From assembly GCA_030704615.1 (NCBI GenBank), contig CM060732.1, positions 34,844,001 through 34,908,000 of the forward strand: 64,000 nt of DNA. The letters are read 5' to 3'. Below are positions 9,513 through 23,000 of this stretch, one piece after another. Positions within the stretch are counted from its first letter, which is position 1; each line of letters starts with the position of its first letter. The notes under the pieces were generated by a model. That model was not told the origin of the DNA. It was given only the letters and a program-made list of their open reading frames with translations, and ran no database searches. The translations under genes and the position numbers were made by a program. The DNA comes from Takakia lepidozioides (Eukaryota > Plantae > Bryophyta).

Positions 9513-12500
9513 GGAGCAGCCGGTGGGTGAACGAATGAGATTGGGTTGGGGATGGATAAATGTGCGGTACGGAGTGGTGCATCGCAGCGGGCGTGCTGTA
9601 GGAGCGCGGAGCCCTTCTTTCATTCAATGCGCCCCCACCATTATCTCTGAAAGCACTTCGTAGGGACCAGGAATATTGAGGTCACCAGTTTGGAAGCGAA
9701 AGTTCGGCTATGGCGGTGGGGGCTACTTAGGTCTGGAGCTCGGTTTTGGGATCCCAAAACCCTACTAATTTTGTCTTAACAGACTTCTTATGTTTCTCCC
9801 TGTACCGTATGCCACATACTTACCGTCAGGTACCAAGTTTGAATGTGCGGGTTGGATCGTCGTCAGTGATGTGTGGCAACGCAAGATGTTTGCAGTGGAG
9901 GTACACACGAGAAGCATCGCAGTTGGTGAGGGCTGAGCTGCAGCGCACTCACTCACGCTCAGATCAGGCGTAAGATCTTCAGCGGGATGCTTGGAGATGC
10001 TAGTATATGCTGCAGCGTGGTCAAGCCTTGACTATTCTTCTGCTTAACAAGTATATTTTGTGATCTAGATACCCAAAGCTTGAAGTTATATCTCCCAGAG
10101 GGCTTGTGAGTTGTAACTGACAAGCGCAGGGATTTGAACCCACTTCAATCAGTTGGGTCCTCATCATGCTGCAAGATGATGGCAATTAATTTCACAAGGA
10201 ATGTGAGTGGAGATGAGAAGGACAGCTGTTTGGACGCTTAGGTGAAAAGCAAGCACTGTTCTATCCACCTCCAACCCATACCCAAACTCTCCAAGCTAGC
10301 CGCCCGTGTCTACAGCTTTGAAAGCCGAGCTCGCCGAGCTCCAAGACCCAGCTCCTTCAAGACAGCCGTAGACGAAGTTGTGATGAGAAAGCCCCTGAGA
10401 AGGCGCGATGTTGGCGTAGTCTTCACCTCCTCCTTCGCCATTCGTAACTGATCTAATCACCGTCTTCAGCGTAGCTTTCATATCCCGAACTTGCGATTCA
10501 TCTCTTTGGTTATTTGCCAGTTGTATTACATTTTTTTGCAGTTTTGCAGTGGAGTACAAGCATCCGAATATGAATGTGAGCCGAAATGAAATTCAAACTT
10601 GGAATATTCCAGAAGCCCTGAAGAGTTAGGTGATACGACAAATAGCTCCTTTCCAACTTCCTAATAGACAAGCAAGCAAGCCCCACAGCAAAATACTGCG
10701 AGCTTCCAAACATGACTAGCGAGCATGCAGACCCCACCTGCAATCAAAACTTTTCAAGTCATGTGCGAATCAAAGAGGGGCTTCCATCACCCTTGCTAGT
10801 CCCACAATCTCACAATGTGAAAAGTGAGGCGATTTTCGATTTCCGTTATCCTCCAGTTCCACCATGCCCATCTTTAGTGCTCCCGGGTCCTACATGTCCT
10901 TCTTCGATCTACACAAAAGCAACGCTGTCTACCTCACCAGAGATTTTCATGAGTGCCCAAGATGCAAGGAAGGACCCACTATGGATTTGATTGCAGCATC
11001 ATGTGGGTATCGTGTACCGTGTTATATCTTTCTTTCTCATAAAAGATAGGGATGTATCATTCCGTAGAGATGGTTGTTCTTTCCAAGAATATTCTATTGA
11101 CATATTCCTGAATATTATTCTAGGATATTCCACTTATGCATTCCCTATAAGTGAAAGGGATTACCAGCAGCTAAGTACTAGCTTAATTGGATACTGTAGT
11201 GCAAAAATTTCACTGTCTCTTACAGGGGGTTCGAGCCCAATGAGTCAGAGTCAAAATCGTTTTTTTGTTTTTATGTTTTTTTTTTTTTTTTTCTTGGAGA
11301 AAAGAGTCAGGGTACTTAAGAAAAAAAAAGTTAGGTTTACCTGTGAATTTACAGAGCGTACTGCTGTACGCATGGAGGGCACTGTGGACGGTTGAAGGAT
11401 TGAACACAGGATCACTCTGTACAGAAGGTAGGTGGGGCGCTCCACAAACCTGGCATGCAGTGAATCGAGGAGCCCCCGCCAGATAATCGAATCACTATTT
11501 TACTATTTGCCTCGCAGGGGCTGACAACTACTACTCAGATAGGAATCGAGTTGAAAGTTCTCAGCGCCTAGTTAGTGTGCAGGATTCGAACACAAGCCCT
11601 CTGACATGGTGGGGTAGAAAGCAGCGGCAAAAGCAGCTCGCTTGCAGCGCACAAGCAGCTCCGTAGCTGCGTTTGGTGCAGCAAAGGACGTCCGTCCTTC
11701 CGCCGCGCACTTCAATCAATTCTCTCTGACTACGATGAATGTCATCATAATCATCGAGTGGTTGTGCAGTGAGATGGATGAATGTCGGTCACTAATCCTC
11801 GCTGTTTGGTAGTTGGCAAGTTAGATGGGAAGTTGGGAACTGTTTTGTCGTGGATGTAGAAGTCCTCCAGGATGATTTCTGTAAGTTGGGATGGTCGGCG
11901 TGAGCAGGCGAGTACTGTACTGTGCTGCGTTGCCTCTGCATACTATCATTCACTCTGCTTTTTGGAGCTGTATTTTATTTTCCTGTCATTTTTTGCTCAC
12001 TTTTTTCTGAAAAATGTGTTTCAGTGAACCCAATTGGATCATAAACTACAATACACACAACAAAAAACCAAAGCTCAAGTTCTTTAAACTATTTGGAGTC
12101 TTCATATACATATATGACGCCAACCAGAGTTAGTTTGCCTCCCCTTTCGAGGTGGAGACTATATCTAGAATGCAGTCCCCAAAGAGCGCAACTATCTTAT
12201 GCGTAAACCATGAGGCACTCTAAATCGTTTCGCCTATGTTTCCCATTGATATTCTGACTCGTCGATAAGAAGAAGAAAGAGAAGAAGACTGTGGTAGAAA
12301 CCGGCGTAACTAAGAGCCACTTCGCGTCACGCTATTCTCACTCGCCCTAATTGCGACCCTCGGCCTGTCTTTAGTTCGTAAATAAAGGAGCAGTCTAAAA
12401 TATTGAAATTAGAGCCACCTCAATATGCTACCAGGATGATTCCAGGCTCAAATCCTGCTACTTAGTTGTGTGAGCTGAATATGCCAACTCTCTTTCCATT

Positions 12501-13808
12501 GGAGCCTTCTCGAGTTTACTCTGAAAGAGGTTTTTTTTCACTCTAATTATGGGGAGGGGGGGGAAAATTAAGGTGAGCGGCTGTTTCCCTTTCTAAGTGG
12601 CAAGTTCCGAAATTAAAGGGTCTCCGCTCCCTTTTCCAAAGACGAGAAAATTAGTATCCCTGCAATAAGGAGGTGCAAAAAGGATCCTGTGGTGAGATGC
12701 TCGGAAGATGCTGCACACTAGTTACTTGGACCGCGGTCGAGCTTAGGTGGCCGCGCGTGGAGCGGACACGTCACGATTAACTGCAGTTAGGGGTGGCGCC
12801 TTGGATGCAAATGCTGCCCGTTACGGCTTAGCGTGCCACCTCAGCCGTCGTCTCCCACGTCGCCCTCGGATGCACCCCTTCGCCTCTCCCGAACCTTCAT
12901 AATCGTCTCTGCCGCAGAGTGTAATCTCGTCACTTGCATGCATGTTGCGGCCCTACTCCTGTTTCGTGGAGTGCTCTCAACGTTGATTTCTTCCTGCATT
13001 CTTTCTCTCATTTTCCCCGTTGTCTCTCGTCTTTTCTGCGCTCAGATGGGGCCCGAGTGCTCGCCACCAGCGGTTTCAACTGTTTCCTCAATGCCCTTAC
13101 TTGTTTCATTCATGCCGTAAGCTGTAATGTCAATTTCAGTGCTATTAGGTGTGAAGTATTCAGAGGTCATCTTTTCTTCCATTTCCTAGTCTTTTCTCTT
13201 CTCTTTGATGTGCCACACCCTGAATTCAGTGAGTTCCAACTTCATCCGATGCTTTGATTCGTTAATCCTCTTTGCTCTTGCATTTGGAGAGTTTCCTATC
13301 CTCTGTTGGACTTTTTTGATTGAACAAACTTTTTACGAAGGTTCCGCCCTTCCCGTTCATCACTTTCTTGTGTCATTCAGGCTCAAGAGTGCAACTGGTT
13401 GTTCCTGACCTTGTTAGATAATTCGAAAGCTCCTGGACCTTCTAAGAGTTATTTGTCTTGAATATTGTTGATGCATTAATTTCTTGGTTGGTTCAGTTAC
13501 AAAGAACGTTGCCAGGAAACACTTAGACTTCTTGATCCCTCCAAATTTTATATTAGATAGTTAGTCAAGCTATGATATTTGGAGTGTGGGGCACTGGGAA
13601 GTTTAGTTCAGGTAGATTAGTTTCTAGTTCGGGTAGATTGGTTTCTAGACAGTTCTCGTGGTGGGGAGGCCATGAAGTTGTTGCTTTATCTTCAGTGAAA
13701 GGCTCCCGGAAGCGTCGTCAACACATTGAAGTCACAGTGCTCTAACACGCTAACGGTGGGACTCTTCCGGAAACACGATTGGATCTCTGCAAAGAGAGAT
13801 CGGAGAAA

Positions 13809-16800
13809 ATGGTGACTGGTATTGAGATACCCGAGATGTCGTCGCCTGGCAGTTGCAATGACCGTCAAGTAGAAATTGTTGAGCAAGGAACGTTTGAGCC
13901 AACGGAGCATTTCTATCCGCGTGTTTTGAATGCGCAGATTCATCCACTAGTGCGCTCCTTTTTATGCCTCGGCAATGATCGTATCACCAAGCGATATTGT
14001 CATTTGCATCCTGAGGCAACCCCTGCGGGCGTTGCCAAGGTTTTGAAGTACTCAACACGGTTTGTCACTTGCCTTTGCAAACATGCTTTTGATTCTTGTA
14101 TAGCTCTTTTGGGATCAGTGGACAGTTGAAGAGAATTTCGGGTGAAAATTTCGTGTGAACTTACAGGAATGGTAATTTATATCATGATGAAAGAACCTGA
14201 TGGTATCACTGCTAACAAGTTGGCTGGTGAAGTCCTGTAGAAACACATATCCAGACTCTCGTTCGGTCAGGTCACTTGCTCGAATAATGATCGTCATATC
14301 TAATGAACTGTACAGATATTTCTAAATGCTTCAGAAAAGTCTTATCTGAATTGCTGCTTTATATCAGCGTTAACAGGACAAATGAATCAAGTTCTGATTG
14401 TAACATTGGAACATCTGTGATCCCGGTGCATGTTATATCTGTTGCTGAAGTGCTGGTTATTGATGCACCGGCGATTGCTCCGAGCTAATGTCTCTTCTGG
14501 GGTCTATCCTCGAGGTTACAATGTCTACAGAACTAATACAGGCTCATCGTCTTTCAGATGTGCGTTTCCCTGGAGGATGTTCAGAAACACGTAATTGATT
14601 TGATTCTGCCTTGTCCGATTGTAAATGTTGTCAGGTACTTCCAATGGGGAGGTGCAGATCTGTTCTCAACAACAACTGAACGTGGTCAGAAACGCTTTGT
14701 GGTGGTAGAGACGAACTCGTGTCCCTCCGGCCAGAAGTCCATGCCTTTGGCAAATGAGGATATGGAACATGCTGGTTATAAGACACTGTTGGAGAAGGCT
14801 GTCATGCCTGCTCTACGTTCTGGCATGTTCAACGGCCACCCTCTCCCAGAAGGCAAGCTCGCTGTACTGTATGACAAGAATAAGATGGAAGCCTCAGGGT
14901 ATGCTGCAGCTCTTGCCGATCTTGCAGGGGAGACTGTGTACTTGATTCCCTGTTATGCAGATGATCCCGACCCGAAAATGAGATGCAGAGAAGATGGCGT
15001 CCTTGAATTTTGCACCTCCCGCGCTGTGTACAAGAGTTCTGGTAAGACTGCCAATGGTACGTGTCATCCAAGGTCAAAGGAAGAAGTGTGGGAGCCAATC
15101 CGTGCTGCCCTGCGATATGTCACTCAGCGACCATGGACTCGGATACCCCCCCTTACCCGCACGCTAATCTTCAACCCCGTTTTGGCATGTCTTGCTGGTG
15201 GTCGCAACAAGATGCTTGCTGCAAAAGCCTATGACTTGTACAATGCTGAGATTGCTCCTACTGGCTTGACAATTCATACTCCAGAAACCATCTGGGATGT
15301 AGCCAAGCCAGAAGTTCCTCTTTGGGTCCGACGAATGGGTGGACTTGCGGTAGTTAAAGTGCCTTACGCAAATGCAGGGCAAGGTGTGTGGACTATCACA
15401 CATGAAGGGGAACTGAAAGAGTTCATGGATATTGAACATCGGTATGATCGCTTCATTGTGCAGGTGAGCTTGTTCGTGACCTTGTTTTTTGAAAATTTGG
15501 TTTAATCGGACAACGTTTGTAGTATTTGAATGTCCATGTTTGGATGGATAATGTGAGCAAGGTGAAAGTATAGTAGGCTGATGAAGGCGACATAAGACTT
15601 ACGGTCTTGTTTCGAGAGCCTTACCGATGCAGATGTTGGCCGAACGTGTTTTTTGGAGGATGTACTGACAGGATGTGTGTCGCACAGGCATTGATTGGGA
15701 ACAATGGCTGGAGTTCTGTGAGTCAGAGTGGGAGGCTCTATCATGTGGGGACAATTCCAAATCTCAAGGGAAATATCTATGCAGCAGATCTGAGGTTGAT
15801 GATTGGTTCTTCACCAGAAGGTTTCTTCCCTGTTGCTATCTACGCTCGTCGGGCACGGCTGCCTTTGGCAGAAAAGTTGGATCCTGGAACGCAGTCCTGG
15901 GACATGCTTGGAACTAACCTCTCATTCAAGGTAACATTTGCTTCTGGATTTTTTATAAAACTGTGGGTAAGTATGTCTTGTGAGCGAATGTATTAAGTGC
16001 ATGATGCGTCTGATTTTTGGCGGTCTAGGAAGTGTGGAGTTTTTCAACTTGTCTTCTGTGTTGCAGCAACCAGATGGATCGTGGGGAACAGAAACAGAGC
16101 GATTATTGTTGATGGACAGCAGAGACTTCAATCGTGTTGGGATTGGTGTGGATGACTTAATTGAAGCTTACATGCAGGTAAAGATGGGGATCTATACGAT
16201 GTCATGGCAAAAAAGTATTCCTTTCAAGTAAAAAGTGTATTCCAACACTGGTTTCTACCACCATGGTTGATGTTAACTAATACTTACCTGTACTTCGAAA
16301 ATTCTTGTAACGTAGTCGGGTTGTTCTGTGAAGCGACTTACAGACTAAACTCACACGAGGTTTTGATATGTGACAGACGGTTCTGGCAGTTACGGCCATT
16401 GATGGACTTGCTTGCAAGCTCATCACACCTAAGGTATTCACCCCGATACTTCAGGTTGTGCAGTCTCAAGTGCTTCCTAAGTAACAATGATTCTGAGATA
16501 TTGGTGGTTATGCCGTCAATTGCCAGCTTGGGCTTGTAACTTGTTAGTTGTCTACAGTAAAAGTATAATTTGTTGCATTGTTGCCAGTTGGTACATGTTA
16601 TTGAACTATCTAATGGTAAATGTTGAATTGTGATACTATCTCCCTGCATGCCAGCTTGAAGTACTTGTTTATGTGGTTTGATGATGGCAGGGTCATTTTG
16701 GATTGAGGCTGTTTCAGTCACTCAATCCAGATCCAAAGCTTCTTGCAGAGTTGTATCCAACTCAGTTACAACCACCTCTGCCGCCCCCAGAGCCGCCCTT

Positions 16801-16933
16801 GGACAATGGAATACGTGTAAGGGTGGACACTTCTAGTGGAGCTGCACAGATGCTGACAGAGACTGAGGAAGAGAGATTGGCAGCAGAATTGGAGCAGAAA
16901 GTAGAAAAGTCCCAACCTCTGGTGTGTTTCTAG
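13809..16933 (+). CDS. Uncharacterised ATP-grasp-like ligase with circularly permuted motif order, ~577 aa, 6 exons (13809-14059, 14635-15463, 15688-15930, 16067-16177, 16377-16433, 16691-16933)
   Basis: All introns GT-AG with consistent phases, total 1734 nt. Motifs [15 protein letters not shown], then [22 protein letters not shown] and DLR. Confidence 0.85.
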
Positions 16934-17901
16934 TCACCCTCTATGTCCAAACACGAAATCTGTCCTTCTAGAATTTAAACGTGTGCCTGTTTGTCGGTCA
17001 GTTTGTTATTCTCTCTGGGCTTAGCTGCCTTCATCTGGGCTCTGCCCCTCACCTTCACTGGTGTGTTCCATGTATGGTCAAGTGTGACCTATTCTAATAA
17101 AAATATAAGATTTAACATGTACACTGAGCAGGAAAAAGCTTAGGAGGATTTGGTCCAAGGGACAATACAGGCGGTGGAAAGATTGTGATTATTATTTTTC
17201 AGTGCAGTTCACTATCATACTGCATGTGAAACTTGGGAGTACTGACTGTTGGTCTTTCACTAACTGAAGCTTCCACATCGGCAGGGGAAGCGAAAGCTGC
17301 CACTTCTGGAGGTGTTTTGAAAACCACGGATTGTGGCAAGAGAAATAATATGGTTTGTAGTAGCCATATGTTGCAGAGAATAAACGTCTGTTATGCTAGA
17401 GTTGTGCATACCACTAGCTCCTTCCAAAGCTAAGACTCCTTTTGTATGTATTCCCAAGATATGAAGTTCCAAACTATTGACCTGCTGATTTGCAAGTAGC
17501 ACTCTCAAGATCAGTGTGAATTTGTTCCTCAGACATTGAGCTTGTAAATGTTGTGCAAGTCAATGCAACCTAGTTTGGATTGCTGAGTTTTACCTGTTCA
17601 CATTTCATTGCAGTTGACAATAAGGTAAGATCTATTATTGGGGCTGTATTGATGGGATGTAACCTGTAGATTGGCTCACATTAAGCTTCCTCTCCTCCCC
17701 CCCAGCCCAGGGCCCACATTCAATATAGGTTGGTTGCAGGTATGACTTAAGTGTGTTGTGCGGATATTTGATTTTTTTAATTTCAGCTGGTTATAGATAT
17801 CTAATCTTAACTTTGTGTTGAGATCCACTGTTTCCTATGGTTTTGGAGCTGTTTTTTTGTTTACTACCTTGCAGGATGGTAATAAATATTATTTGTAAAC
17901 C

Positions 17902-18396
17902 TGTAATGGCCAGATTCCTTCCACCTACCTTTTTTGTCATTGGATGAACAGACGATTGGATGATGATCGTTGAAAAAGGGTTTGGATGAAACAGCTGGAG
18001 ACAATCTATTTTTAAACTAAGTATTGTCTTTTGTTAACAGCTAGTTTATCTCTAAATTAGAATGAGGTGGCATCCTATCTGGACAGACGTCCGGATGGCA
18101 TTCAGGTGACCAATCAAGGCATGCCACTTGGTCAAATAAGATTGTGGGCCTTCCTTTATAGAAAGGATCGACGCTTATGGCGATGGTGTATGTTTGGTGT
18201 GAAACCCTATTGTACCTATGTGTGAGTTTTGGATGAAAGGGCCGTGAATAAGGATGTGATGTTAGGTTGGGTGAGTGATTTTGTCTCCTCTGTGTTGGAT
18301 CTTGCCTATCTCGCTAGCTTGCTTTACCGAGCATACATTCCCCTTATAGCTCGATTACCCCGAGAGTAAGATGAATAATGGGGTGGGCGAGAATCT
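17902..18396 (+). repeat. 5' LTR (lacks the final GGCTTTACA), followed by putative PBS TGGTGTAGATGGGG
   Basis: Aligns to 29723-30220. TGG start at 18397. Confidence 0.88.
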
Positions 18397-18575
18397 TGGT
18401 GTAGATGGGGCTGTAGGATTTCGTTAATCATTAGCTGCACATTTTTTTTTGTACGACAGGTAGCTGTACGCTGACACTGTTACCATGGCGGCGCTCTACT
18501 GTTTCAGTTCTCGCTCTTGTTTTTGCTTGCTCCTGGCTTTCACGGCATCTGCTTATACTTCTGCAACCTTCAGCG

Positions 18576-20069
18576 ATGGCCTCGTCTTCTGATCCTTTCA
18601 CTCCCGCTGAGCTCAAGGAGTACAAAAACACTCTTGCTGGTTATTTGAGTCGATTTTCGCCAGCATTGTGCGTGCTTCGGTTGATCCTAGTCTGGTGGTT
18701 GAAGTTGATTATCCGCCCCTTGGTGCAGCTGTTGAACGCCCTGAATTAGTCCTTGACACCCCTTCTGATCACTGGGTGGCTCAGTTTGAGTTGACTGCTG
18801 CGTTGGAGGGTTTGAAGCCCACACACACACCGCAAGAAGAAGCGGAGCAGTGGCGGAAGTGTATCCAGGCCTTTGAAGGGGCCCGAGCGGCCAAGGCCCT
18901 GCAGCGACTCTTTGCTGCGGAGATAGCTCGCAAGCTTCCACTACCTGAGGCAAAAGATAAACTCTTGAAGGGTTTCCGGCTGTCATTGGCTGAACTAGGT
19001 ATTCCGCAATTCACCGTCGCTGGGGAGGTTGTTGGCGAGTGTGAGAACTTCATTCTGCCCAATTTGCCCAATGCGCATCGTCTGTGGGAGCTAATAAAAG
19101 GTGGCAGTTCGCTTGTCTTGGCCAACCTGCGGCCTACCTGGAAACCTGACTATAATGTGGACATCACCTGGGATGACCATGTCGCAGGCATTCCTGTCTC
19201 TCGCTTTCCTCATACTGTGCATGATATTTTGATTTTCCCTGCTCTTGTGTTTAGACAGGAACGATTGGGTTACTACTTGCCTGGCTTTCCTATTACTGAT
19301 TATCTAGTGCACACACTACTTGTCAAGGAAAAGCTTATTCGCTCCATAGTTCGTGTGGCTTTCTGGCTCAAAGTGGATGAAGAGCTGTGGCACTATCTGG
19401 GTGAAGGTGTTTACATGCTTCACCCGATCGTCCTTATCAACCTGGTGAGAGTATTTGGAAATACTATACTGACTTGAAAACCACGGTGGTCAAGGCCATT
19501 CCGGTACCCTCTGAATGTACTGCCATTCTTAAAACCTACTTCATTACTGGATTGCCTGCCTCTGATCAAAGTCTACCTACAAAAACATCCTTATCGCAAT
19601 GAGAGGCATATGGTAGAGATGATGGATGAGCGCATGCGGTTTAAGAATGCTAAACTAGGCAAAGGTCTGACCTGTTGTTCATTCTGCTCCTCAGCAGGTT
19701 TCCGACTGTTATCATGGGATTGCCATGATTAAGGGTGGCTCTACAGAGGCCTCTCCCACATTGCTGGAGGAAGTTAAAAATCTACAACAAGAGCTGCATA
19801 CTCAGCTTCAGGCTGTGAGGGCAGAAGGATCCTGGAGGGCTGCACCTGTCAAGCCTCCTCCGGCTGACTCTCATCGTGGCCACACTCAGACTGGCCCACG
19901 GTATGAGGTACAAGATAAACGTGTGGCCTGTTTCATTTGTGGGTCCCTGGAGCACTGGACTCGCTTCTGCACTTATGCCGCTCTTGTCCCTGGTATGATT
20001 GAAGAACACAAACGCATTCAACGTGAACAGTGGGGCAAATAGCCTTTAAACGAACCCGATCGCTTGTGA
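18576..20069 (+). pseudogene. gag-like ORF (broken by stops/frameshifts)
   Basis: ORF pieces 18668-19477 and 19725-20042, the latter containing zinc knuckle CFICGSLEHWTRFC. Confidence 0.7.
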
Positions 20070-23000
20070 AAGGGCCAAGCGGTCATCTCCCCCACACCCT
20101 GCACAGGATGACTCCATTGTTTCTATTATGTTGTCCAATGAATTCAAGATGATGCATTGTGAAGCCAATAGGAAGCTTAGGAAGGAGAGAGTGCACCCTC
20201 TCATGACTCAATGTCACATAGGGCACCTCTCGTTTTCATGTGTTGTTGACACAGGCTGTACCATGTCTGCTGTTCCCTTGTCTGTGGTTCGATTACTTGG
20301 TCTCAAGCTCACTCCAGCCAAGGGTCTGCAGGTGACCATTGCAGATGGCACACGTTATGAGCCTCTAGGTTTGGTCACCGTTCCCATCAAAGTCAGTTGC
20401 AAGTCGGTCACACTGACTTGTATTGTCATCATTGGTGAACAGTTACTGTTAGGCTTGGATTGGATGTGTGCTACAGGGGCAAAAATTGATGTGGTTGAAA
20501 ACGTCATGCGGCTTGCCAGTGGCAGCTCCTCCCCCCACAAGGTGCAGCTTAACTCTGTCTCCCTGCCTGCTGGTTGTGCCACTACACACCTTTCCCACAT
20601 GCGCACCCTTGTTGCTGAAACCAAGCGGCAGGTGGGTGAGCAATACAACTGGACACGTTACTTTAACTTTGCCAAGACAGCTCCCCTCACCCTGTATCAA
20701 TGGCAGCCCCCTTTGCCTGGTAAGAAGAGTGGCCCTCCCATTCCGATCCCAGGTAACACCACTCTTCTTCGCAATCCCGCTGACTTTGTCATATCTGCCT
20801 CCTCCCAAAAAATTGTCTCTCTTGGCCTCACCTTTCTTTGTCCACAAGGTCATTATCTTGAAGTTGAGGGGTGGAAACGTTTGATGCTTTCCAAACATTG
20901 TTTGATTGCATCTGGAGTGCTAGATCGGGGCTTTCGAGGGGAGCTTCGACTTCTTGTTGCCAACCCAGAACGCATTCCTATCACCGTCCACAAGGGTCAG
21001 GTCCTCGCTCGACTCACTACCACTCCCTTGACAGATTTAGGAGAGGTGCAACATGCTTTAAGTTTTGCTGACATTGGCCTGTCAGATGATCCTATTGATC
21101 AATTGCATATCTTAGCCCAATCTGTCGCTGCACCCCAGGTTCGTCCCCTCACTCCTGCGCAATCTGCTCATCTTGATCAAGTTCTGACTGATGTCAAAAT
21201 AGGCTCTGGTCTCACTGACATTGAAAGGTCTCGTTTATATCATATCATTCGTGACAATCTGGATGTTTTCAGTGCTGGTTCTCATGATTTGGGATGTACC
21301 GAGGTCCTCCACCATGACATTGTCACTGATGGTAGCCCTGTCAAACAATATGCTTATAGAGAGAATGTCAAAGAACGTGAAATTATGCAACTCGAACTGA
21401 CCAAGATGCTGGATGCAGGCGTTATTAAACCCTATATTTCCCCCTGGGCCAGTCCCATCGTCTTGGTTGCCAAAAAAGATGGTACCACTCGTTTCTGCGT
21501 TGATTTTCGACGGCTCAATGCCCTGACTAAGAAAGATGTATATCCTTTACCTCGCATTAATGATACTTTGGATCAACTCAATGGTGCCACTCTCTTCTCT
21601 TCCTTGGACCTTGCTACGGGTTTTTGGCAAGTCCCCCTCATAGAGTCAGCCAAGGAAAAGATTGCGTTTACCTGTAAGATGGGTCTCTTTCAGTTTGAAA
21701 CCATGCCTTTTGGATTATGTAATGCCACAGCCACCTTTCAACGCCTCGTGGATGTTGTTCTAGGCAACTTGCGCTGGGAATGTGCATTGGTCTATGTTGA
21801 TGACATCAACGTTTACTCCGCTGACTTTGATTCTCACATGTTGGATCTGAAGCGCGTTTTGTGCAGGCTTAGAGGTGCAGGTCTCAAAGTGAAAGCCAAG
21901 AAATGTGACTTATGCATGACGGAGCTTCACTTTCTTGGCCACCTTCTCTCAGCCCAAGGCATTAGCCCTGACCCTGCCAAAATTCAGGCTGTCTGGAACT
22001 ATCCTACTCCACGTGACAAAAATTGTGTCCGTGCTTTTCTTGGGTTGGCCTCTTACTATCGTCTTTTCATTAAACACTTTGCTCACATTGCTGCTGCGCT
22101 TAATCAGTTATTATGCAAAGATGTTCGCTTTCTTTGGGGCAAGTCCCAAATCACTGCTTTTGAGAAACTCAAAATTGCCCTCACCAGTGCACCCATTCTG
22201 GTCTTTCCTGATTTCTCCATTTCTTTTATTCTTCAGACTAATGCCTCTGACCCGGCTGTTTAAGCTATTCTATGCCAAAAGAGAAATGGCAGGGAATATG
22301 TTGTGGCCTATGCTTCCAGGCGGCTTGACAAACATGAGAAGAACTATAGTATTACTTATAAAGAAGGACTTGCCGTTATTTTTGGGATCAAACATTTTCG
22401 GCAGTATCTACATGGCTGCCCCTTTGTTATTCAGACTGATTATCTTCCATTGAAGGCTCTAAAAACCCCACGGGCACTCTCGGGACGCTTGGCTCGTTGG
22501 TCACTTACTCTTCAGATGTTTGAGTATGACATTGAGTATAAGAAGGGCAAAGCCAACAGCAATGCTGACGCTCTCACACGCACGAAGACTAAGTCCTTTG
22601 ACCCTTATATCACCTTAGATGACCTTACTACTCACCATCTGGTGCTTCACCCTTCCCCTCTTCTTCTCCTGAAGGATCCGATTTACTTGCCTTGTTTGCC
22701 TCTGTTCCTCTTCTTCCACCTGATCTCATGTCTGAATGGGATTTACTATCATTTTCTGCTGGATGAAGTTGGTTTAGAGTGTTGTAATGGCACTGTGGTC
22801 ATATTCTAGGTATGATATCACTCTCTCTTCTATGATTGCGCTGTCCCTTTCTGCTTCCAGTTATGGTTTTGGCACTGAATCCTCTCCATAGGGAAATCTG
22901 CTTCTGTGCGTCATTGTCCTTGGTTGCATCTTCATGAAGTCCCCCTTGTCATTCAGTTGAGCTGGCAGCCATTCCCTGGAGATAACTGAGGCGGACACTC

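Noticed and set aside
10240-11200. Short ORFs possibly from a gene fragment
   Set aside because: No recognisable motif or consistent exon chain.
11260-11600. tRNA-derived SINE on minus strand (B-box-like GTTCGAATCC at ~11582-11591, T-run at 11260-11292); similar B-box-like words at ~10130, ~33540 and ~36700
   Set aside because: No A-box, cloverleaf or TSD could be confirmed; not called as tRNA or SINE.
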